This document shows positions 27,318 through 32,000 of a stretch of 32,000 nt of DNA, piece by piece. Both the position numbers and the translations under genes were made by a program. Under the pieces are notes generated by a model that made no database searches, was not told the origin of the DNA, and saw only the letters and a list, made by a program, of their open reading frames with translations. Every line of letters begins with the position of its first letter. Within the stretch, counting starts at the first letter, position 1. Source of the stretch: Flavobacteriaceae bacterium. Lineage in GTDB: Bacteria; Bacteroidota; Bacteroidia; Flavobacteriales; Flavobacteriaceae. The stretch spans positions 1-32,000 of the forward strand of contig OZ245049.1 in NCBI GenBank assembly GCA_965224465.1, given 5' to 3'.

Positions 27318-27938
27318 ATGCGAACGCTATTCTTTATAATCGCCATTTCCCTATCAATAGGAACTATAGATGGACAACAAAATAAATCAATGAAAATAAA
27401 AAATTTAGAAACTGCAATTTTTGCCAATGGCTGCTTTTGGTGTACAGAAGCTGTTTTTTTACAATTAAAAGGAGTCCAAAGTGTGGCGTCAGGTTATATT
27501 GGAGGAACTATTCCCAATCCTAGTTATAAAGAGATTTGTACGGGAACTACAGGACATGCTGAGGCTATAAAAATCACCTATAATGCGGACGAAATTTCAT
27601 TTGTAGATTTGCTAGATGTGTTTTTTGCGACTCACAATCCTACCACATTAAATAGGCAAGGGAATGATGTAGGAACACAATATAGATCGGCCGTGTTTTA
27701 TCAGAATAATAAGCAAAAAGAGTTAACGGTTAAAATGATAGAAGTACTTTCTGAAGCGGGTGTTTTTGAAACTGAAATTGTGACTAAAATTGAAGAGAAT
27801 GATGTGTTTTTTCCTGCAGAAAATTACCATCAAAATTATTATAACCTCAATAAAAATCAGGCTTATTGTGTGGCTATAATTAATCCTAAGTTAGAAAAAC
27901 TTAGAACTTATTTTAAAACATTACTTAAAGAAGACTGA
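27318..27938 (+). CDS. msrA: peptide-methionine (S)-S-oxide reductase with a predicted N-terminal signal peptide
   Basis: GCFWCTEAVF catalytic motif. The ATG at 27318 gives MRTLFFIIAISLSIGTIDGQ, a hydrophobic leader. The TTG at 27282 is unlikely, and an internal ATG (MKIKNLETAIF) is an alternative start. Confidence 0.88.
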   Translation: MRTLFFIIAISLSIGTIDGQQNKSMKIKNLETAIFANGCFWCTEAVFLQLKGVQSVASGYIGGTIPNPSYKEICTGTTGHAEAIKITYNADEISFVDLLDVFFATHNPTTLNRQGNDVGTQYRSAVFYQNNKQKELTVKMIEVLSEAGVFETEIVTKIEENDVFFPAENYHQNYYNLNKNQAYCVAIINPKLEKLRTYFKTLLKED

Positions 27939-27986
27939 CAACTTGTCAATTGGCATTCAATTTGATGTATCAATATAAATAATTAA

Positions 27987-28271
27987 ATGAAAAACAAATA
28001 CGTATTGCTATTTCTAAGCATCCTTTTTGATGGGATAGGAATGCTTTCTTTTATGGTGCCCGTTATTGGAGAATCTTTTGATGTGATTTGGGCTCCTATT
28101 GCCACCTTGTTGATTTACAAAATGTACCCTGGAACAGAAGGGAAAATTGCAGGAGTTATTACCTTTATAGAGGAGGCAATGCCTGGCTTAGATATTATTC
28201 CAACTTTTACACTGACGTGGATTTATAAGTTTTTGATAAAGAAGAATCGTCGTAAAAGTGTTCCCGAATAA
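27987..28271 (+). CDS. hypothetical small membrane protein, 94 aa
   Basis: Hydrophobic segments (LLFLSILFDGIGMLSFMVPVIG, IWAPIATLLIY) and a basic C-terminus. A terminator lies downstream. No family recognised. Confidence 0.6.
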   Translation: MKNKYVLLFLSILFDGIGMLSFMVPVIGESFDVIWAPIATLLIYKMYPGTEGKIAGVITFIEEAMPGLDIIPTFTLTWIYKFLIKKNRRKSVPE

Positions 28272-28361
28272 TGTTTTAGGACTGGGACTTTAAATAGAAA
28301 ATAGTCGAAGCTACCTTTGTTCTCTTAGAGTGAGATTGTTGCTTTGATACGTTCTCATACC

Positions 28362-28392
28362 AAAAAAGGCAGCCTTGTTAGGTTGCCTTTTT
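28362..28392 (+). terminator. rho-independent terminator downstream of the 94-aa membrane protein gene
   Basis: aggcagcc-ttgtta-ggttgcct (one G.U pair) followed by T5. An A6 run upstream means it may also act on the opposite strand. Confidence 0.65.
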
Positions 28393-28424
28393 GTGTGTGT
28401 AATTGTTTGGGAGTGCTTTTTATG

Positions 28425-28539
28425 CCAATTACAATTTAAAATGATAGATATAAATAGGTTGTTTTTTGTTCTAGCGTTGTTGAAAAACAGAACAAAAAAT
28501 AATTCTATTTTTAAAACGTCACTTGGAAATTTAATGGGT
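28425..28539 (-). repeat. A/B mosaic repeat, locus 4: truncated A plus B, reverse orientation
   Basis: ccaattacaatttaaaatgatagatataaatag...gttctagcgttgttgaaaaacag is the reverse complement of the A 3' half. agaacaaaaaataattctatttttaaaacgtcacttggaaatttaatgggt is the reverse complement of B. Confidence 0.85.
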
Positions 28540-28540
28540 A

Positions 28541-28852
28541 TTATTTTTTTTCTTGAAAAAAGCGTTTCATCCCAAATCTACTTAGCATCTTTTTGGTAAA
28601 AGGCCAGAAGAAATTGGATTGTCCGAGACACCATCCTACAATAGGAAGAGTGATTTGATAGATAAAAAAGACTAAAAATATGCGAATAGGCCAAAAAATC
28701 CATGGATTTGTAGTTGCTTTAGATAAACCGATAAGCTCTGTGAAAGGGTGCGCTATGTAGGTAGCAAATGATCCGTTTATTGAAAAAACAATAAATATGA
28801 TGATGACTTGAAAATTAGAAGTAATAGCCCAACGTTCTTTAAATGTACTCAT
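28541..28852 (-). CDS. DUF6787-like small membrane protein
   Basis: MSTFKERWAITSNFQVIIIFIVFSINGS...FFWPFTKKMLSRFG resembles the Flavobacteriia family formerly mis-annotated as diacylglyceryl transferase. The ATG at 28852 is preferred because a TATTTTTG box (28880-28887) lies inside the longer track ORF. Confidence 0.65.
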   Translation of the reverse strand: MSTFKERWAITSNFQVIIIFIVFSINGSFATYIAHPFTELIGLSKATTNPWIFWPIRIFLVFFIYQITLPIVGWCLGQSNFFWPFTKKMLSRFGMKRFFQEKK

Positions 28853-28879
28853 GTGTAGTTTGTAGTTTTTGTATGTTTG

Positions 28880-28887
28880 CAAAAATA
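28880..28887 (-). promoter_or_regulatory. Bacteroidetes-type -7 box TATTTTTG upstream of the DUF6787-like gene
   Basis: Exact TAnnTTTG match on the minus strand, 27 nt from the ATG at 28852. Confidence 0.35.
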
Positions 28888-28906
28888 CACTTATATCTCA
28901 TATATC

Positions 28907-28935
28907 AAAAAAAAGACCCGCTTATTAGCGAGTCT
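28907..28935 (-). terminator. rho-independent terminator after the DUF937 gene
   Basis: On the minus strand, aagactcgc-taataa-gcgggtctt (one mismatch) is followed by T8. Confidence 0.6.
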
Positions 28936-29036
28936 TGTGTATTTATCAGTATTTTAATTTCCTGAGGCTAGACCTCAAAATAGAAAATATTGAGTTAGGA
29001 AGTAATATTCCGCACCCTTGGGATGAAATTGTTGAT

Positions 29037-29666
29037 TTATTTACCTCCAAAGAGTCCTCCTAGCAGGCCTCCAAGTCCTCCTTTTTTACTACCAGTAACC
29101 ATTCCCATAACATCGTCTATGATGCTTCCGTCACCGTTTGCATCTAAAATTTTTGTAATTAGGCTTTGACCTTCTTTTGCTTGGTTTCCTCCTCCAAGGA
29201 ATCCGCCTAGTAAATCTTCTAATCCTCCACCATCTGAAACATTATTTTGACGCGATTGTTTTCCTAAGAGACCCATAATTACAGGAGCTGCCATTTTAAG
29301 TAAATCCATAGATTTGCTCATGTCTAAACCGCTTTTAGAACTTACAGCTTGTGCTACATTTTGTTCTTTTCCTCCAAATACATGTCCTAAAATATTTGCA
29401 CCATCATTCATGCTATCTTTACTTCCAATAACGTCTCCTAGATTGTCTAAAATACTTCCATTATGTTTATCTTTAGATAAAGCACCTAGGATACCCGCTG
29501 CCCCATCAGAAGAAGTAGCATTGTTTTTCATTGCTCCTAGTATAAGTGGCAAAGCAGCGCTTAATGCTGATCCTGTTTGTTCTTTTCCTTGTCCTAGATA
29601 TTGACTTGCTCCACTGATTAAAGTTTTTCCAAGGTCAGTATTTAATAAGTCTAAAATTCCTGCCAT
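29037..29666 (-). CDS. DUF937 domain-containing protein
   Basis: MAGILDLLNTDLGKTLISGASQYLG N-terminus, a repeated Gly-rich architecture and a GGLGGLLGGLFGGK tail are typical of DUF937. A terminator lies downstream. Confidence 0.8.
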   Translation of the reverse strand: MAGILDLLNTDLGKTLISGASQYLGQGKEQTGSALSAALPLILGAMKNNATSSDGAAGILGALSKDKHNGSILDNLGDVIGSKDSMNDGANILGHVFGGKEQNVAQAVSSKSGLDMSKSMDLLKMAAPVIMGLLGKQSRQNNVSDGGGLEDLLGGFLGGGNQAKEGQSLITKILDANGDGSIIDDVMGMVTGSKKGGLGGLLGGLFGGK

Positions 29667-29772
29667 TTTGTTGATTTTTTTTAAGTTTGTTTTTAAAGGT
29701 ACTGAAATTGTTGAGTACCGCTATTATTAAGGACACAAAAAAAATAAAGAAGTCACTTCTATGGAATATAAT

Positions 29773-30099
29773 ACGAATTATAATCCGAAATAACCAATAT
29801 AAATAGTTTATTTTACGTTTTAGTGTTGTTGATAAACAGAACGATAGCTAAGACTATCCTTCCATTTTCCGCCGAGCTATACTACCAATTAAAATCCAAA
29901 ATGACCGATATAAATAGTTTATTTTATGTGCTAGTGTTGTTGATAAACAGAGCGATAGCTAAGGCTATCCTTCCATTTTCCGCCTAGCTATACTACCAAT
30001 TAAAAAAATAATTCTATTTCTAAACCATCACTTGGACATTTAATTGGTAGAACAAAAAATAATTCTATTTTTAAACTGTCATTTGGGAAAGTATTTGGT
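29773..30099 (-). repeat. A/B mosaic repeat, locus 5: array A-A-B-B as read on the + strand, i.e. reverse complement of the B-B-A-A array
   Basis: A is 29773-29883, A is 29884-29994, B is 29995-30048 and B is 30049-30099. Unit by unit, this is the reverse complement of locus 3. Confidence 0.92.
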
Positions 30100-30252
30100 A
30101 TAAGTGAATATTCGTTCACAAAAGGATTGTTAAAATACGCGTGCGTAATGCTTGTTATGATGTCATTTAACCTCTCTAAATTGTTATTTCTTTATGAAAA
30201 TCTTATAATTGGAGTATATTTCTTTATCTTTCACAAGTTTTAAAATAAAAAT

Positions 30253-31554
30253 ATGAAGAAATTAGCGTTACACTGGAAGATATTATTAGGTATGGGATTA
30301 GGAGTAGGATTTGCGCTGCTGATGTTAAACTTTAGTTTTGGGAAACAATTTGTAATAGATTGGGTCAAACCTTTTGGAAGTATTTTTATTAAGTCATTAA
30401 AGCTGATAGCAGTACCTTTAATATTGGCATCATTAATAAAAGGGGTATCGGATTTAAAGGATATTTCCAAACTTTCTAAAATGGGAGGTCGTACTATTGG
30501 GGTGTATATTTTGACTACAATTCTAGCGGTAAGTATAGGTTTGGCTATTGTGAACATTGTAAAACCAGGGAGTTATATAGATACTCAAACGCGTAAAGAG
30601 TTAATGGAAAGCAGTAAGGAAAAGGCTGCGAGTAAAATTTCAGCAGCACATCAGCAAAAAGAAACAGGTCCTCTACAAGCTCTTGAAGATTTAGTTCCTT
30701 CCAATATATTTTCTGCGGCTTCTAGTAATAGAAATATGCTGCAAGTCATCTTTTTTGCAATCTTTTTTGGGATTGGATTGATTTTAATTCCAGAAAAAAA
30801 AGCAAAACCAGTAAAACGATTTTTTGATAGTTTTAATGAAGTTATTTTAAAAATGATCGATTTAATAATGTTGGCAGCTCCCTATGGAGTATTTGCGTTA
30901 TTGGCATCATTGATTGTAGAATCTCCGAGTTTGGCTTTGTTTAAAGCCTTAGGGATGTACGCTGTTTGTGTGGTGTTTGGATTGTTAATTATGATTGGGT
31001 TCTATGTTTTATTGGTGTTTTTGTATACCAAGAAATCCCCTCAGTTTTTCTTAAGAGGAATTTCTCCAGCACAATTGTTGGCGTTTTCTACCAGTAGTAG
31101 TGCAGCGACCTTGCCTGTTACTATGGAGCGAGTAGAAGAACATTTAGGAGTTGAGGGAGAAGTCACAAGTTTTGTGTTGCCTATTGGAGCTACTATTAAT
31201 ATGGATGGAACTAGTTTGTATCAAGCCGTAGCAGCTGTGTTTATTGCCCAGGCTTTTGGTATGGATTTATCTTTAGGCGTACAATTAGGAATTATTGCCA
31301 CGGCGACTTTAGCGTCTATTGGCTCCGCAGCTGTTCCTGGAGCAGGAATGGTAATGTTAGTAATTGTATTAGCCCAAGCGGGAATTCCAGAAGCAGGATT
31401 GGCACTTATTTTTGCGGTGGACAGACCTTTAGATATGTGTAGAACGGTAGTAAACGTTACAGGCGATGCAGCGGTAACTATGATTGTTGCAAAATCTGTT
31501 GATAAATTAGGAACGCCAAAAGTAAAAGATTGGGACGATAATTATCCGTCTTAA
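30253..31554 (+). CDS. dicarboxylate/amino acid:cation symporter (DAACS family, GltP-like)
   Basis: 433 aa polytopic protein with SSSAATLPVT and GATINMDGT blocks characteristic of the family. Confidence 0.92.
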   Translation: MKKLALHWKILLGMGLGVGFALLMLNFSFGKQFVIDWVKPFGSIFIKSLKLIAVPLILASLIKGVSDLKDISKLSKMGGRTIGVYILTTILAVSIGLAIVNIVKPGSYIDTQTRKELMESSKEKAASKISAAHQQKETGPLQALEDLVPSNIFSAASSNRNMLQVIFFAIFFGIGLILIPEKKAKPVKRFFDSFNEVILKMIDLIMLAAPYGVFALLASLIVESPSLALFKALGMYAVCVVFGLLIMIGFYVLLVFLYTKKSPQFFLRGISPAQLLAFSTSSSAATLPVTMERVEEHLGVEGEVTSFVLPIGATINMDGTSLYQAVAAVFIAQAFGMDLSLGVQLGIIATATLASIGSAAVPGAGMVMLVIVLAQAGIPEAGLALIFAVDRPLDMCRTVVNVTGDAAVTMIVAKSVDKLGTPKVKDWDDNYPS

Positions 31555-31557
31555 AAA

Positions 31558-31965
31558 TTAGATAAATCGATCGTGGTGTCTGTTTGTGAAAAGTGCGCAT
31601 TGTTCTTTTTTTCCAAACCATTGATACCTATGCTTTGCGATGTATCTGTAAATGGAATCTCGTAGTTTTTTTGGGATATATATTAGAAAATAACAATATT
31701 TCCAACATCCAGAAAGGTGTTTGCAAATGTGTAAAGCAGCCGAAGATTGTTTGTACAATACGCCGTTTTCAATGTATATGATACTATCGATTGTAGGATC
31801 AGTTATGCCGTGTTTTTTTAAGACTTGTTTAGCTTTTTCGGATTGTAAAGAAGCAAAACTAAAAACGGCTGATGCATCATGTTTTAAAATAAATAAAACA
31901 GAGGAATTACATAGGTTACAGACCCCATCAAATAGAATAATATAATTATTTTTATTTTTTTTCAC
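31558..31965 (-). CDS. thiol-disulfide oxidoreductase DCC family protein (DUF393)
   Basis: ILFDGVCNLCNSSV motif. The start codon in the sequence is GTG (cac 31963-31965). Confidence 0.85.
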   Translation of the reverse strand: MKKNKNNYIILFDGVCNLCNSSVLFILKHDASAVFSFASLQSEKAKQVLKKHGITDPTIDSIIYIENGVLYKQSSAALHICKHLSGCWKYCYFLIYIPKKLRDSIYRYIAKHRYQWFGKKEQCALFTNRHHDRFI

Positions 31966-32000
31966 GTTTCAAAGTTACAATATTGTTTTTAAGTCGTCTT

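Noticed and set aside
31970-31977. TAACTTTG -7 box match upstream of the DCC-family gene.
   Set aside because: It lies only 4 nt from the GTG start, which is too close to give a transcript containing the start codon. It is either coincidental or the real start is elsewhere. Not reported as a promoter.
1-32000. Searched by eye for tRNA or rRNA genes, transposases, integrases, phage genes, toxin-antitoxin pairs and known defence genes.
   Set aside because: No ORF translation or sequence pattern supports any of these. The accessory-looking content is limited to the repeats, the orphan lipoprotein and the small membrane proteins.

Overview
AT-rich chromosomal segment that looks like Flavobacteriia (Bacteroidota). 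Supporting signs are DUF2795, DUF937 and DUF6787-type genes, CarboxypepD_reg/Plug/beta-barrel outer membrane proteins, no Shine-Dalgarno sequences, and TAnnTTTG -7 boxes close to start codons. I call 25 protein genes, almost all core metabolism or housekeeping: secA (partial), a hutI / methyltransferase-like / PduO-type adenosyltransferase operon, pta-ackA, a complete four-gene trans-4-hydroxy-L-proline catabolic operon, fumC, two paralogous outer membrane beta-barrel proteins (one followed by a YfgD-like ArsC-family gene), prfB, ltaE, msrA, a DAACS symporter and a DCC-family oxidoreductase. I found no rRNA, tRNA, CRISPR array, transposase, integrase or recognisable defence or toxin genes. I cannot point to a convincing novel protein-coding system. 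The most unusual content is non-coding: a mosaic family of two short repeat units (A about 110 nt, B about 52 nt) at five intergenic loci. It includes two four-unit arrays that are block duplicates in inverted orientation about 7.9 kb apart, and one copy inside the hydroxyproline operon that supplies the last codons and stop of a gene. Secondary candidates are an orphan lipoprotein behind a 650-bp gap with long homopolymer tracts, a 55-aa membrane protein below the ORF-track cutoff, and an orphan terminator that may mark a small RNA. All family names come from reading the translations by eye; no database search was run.
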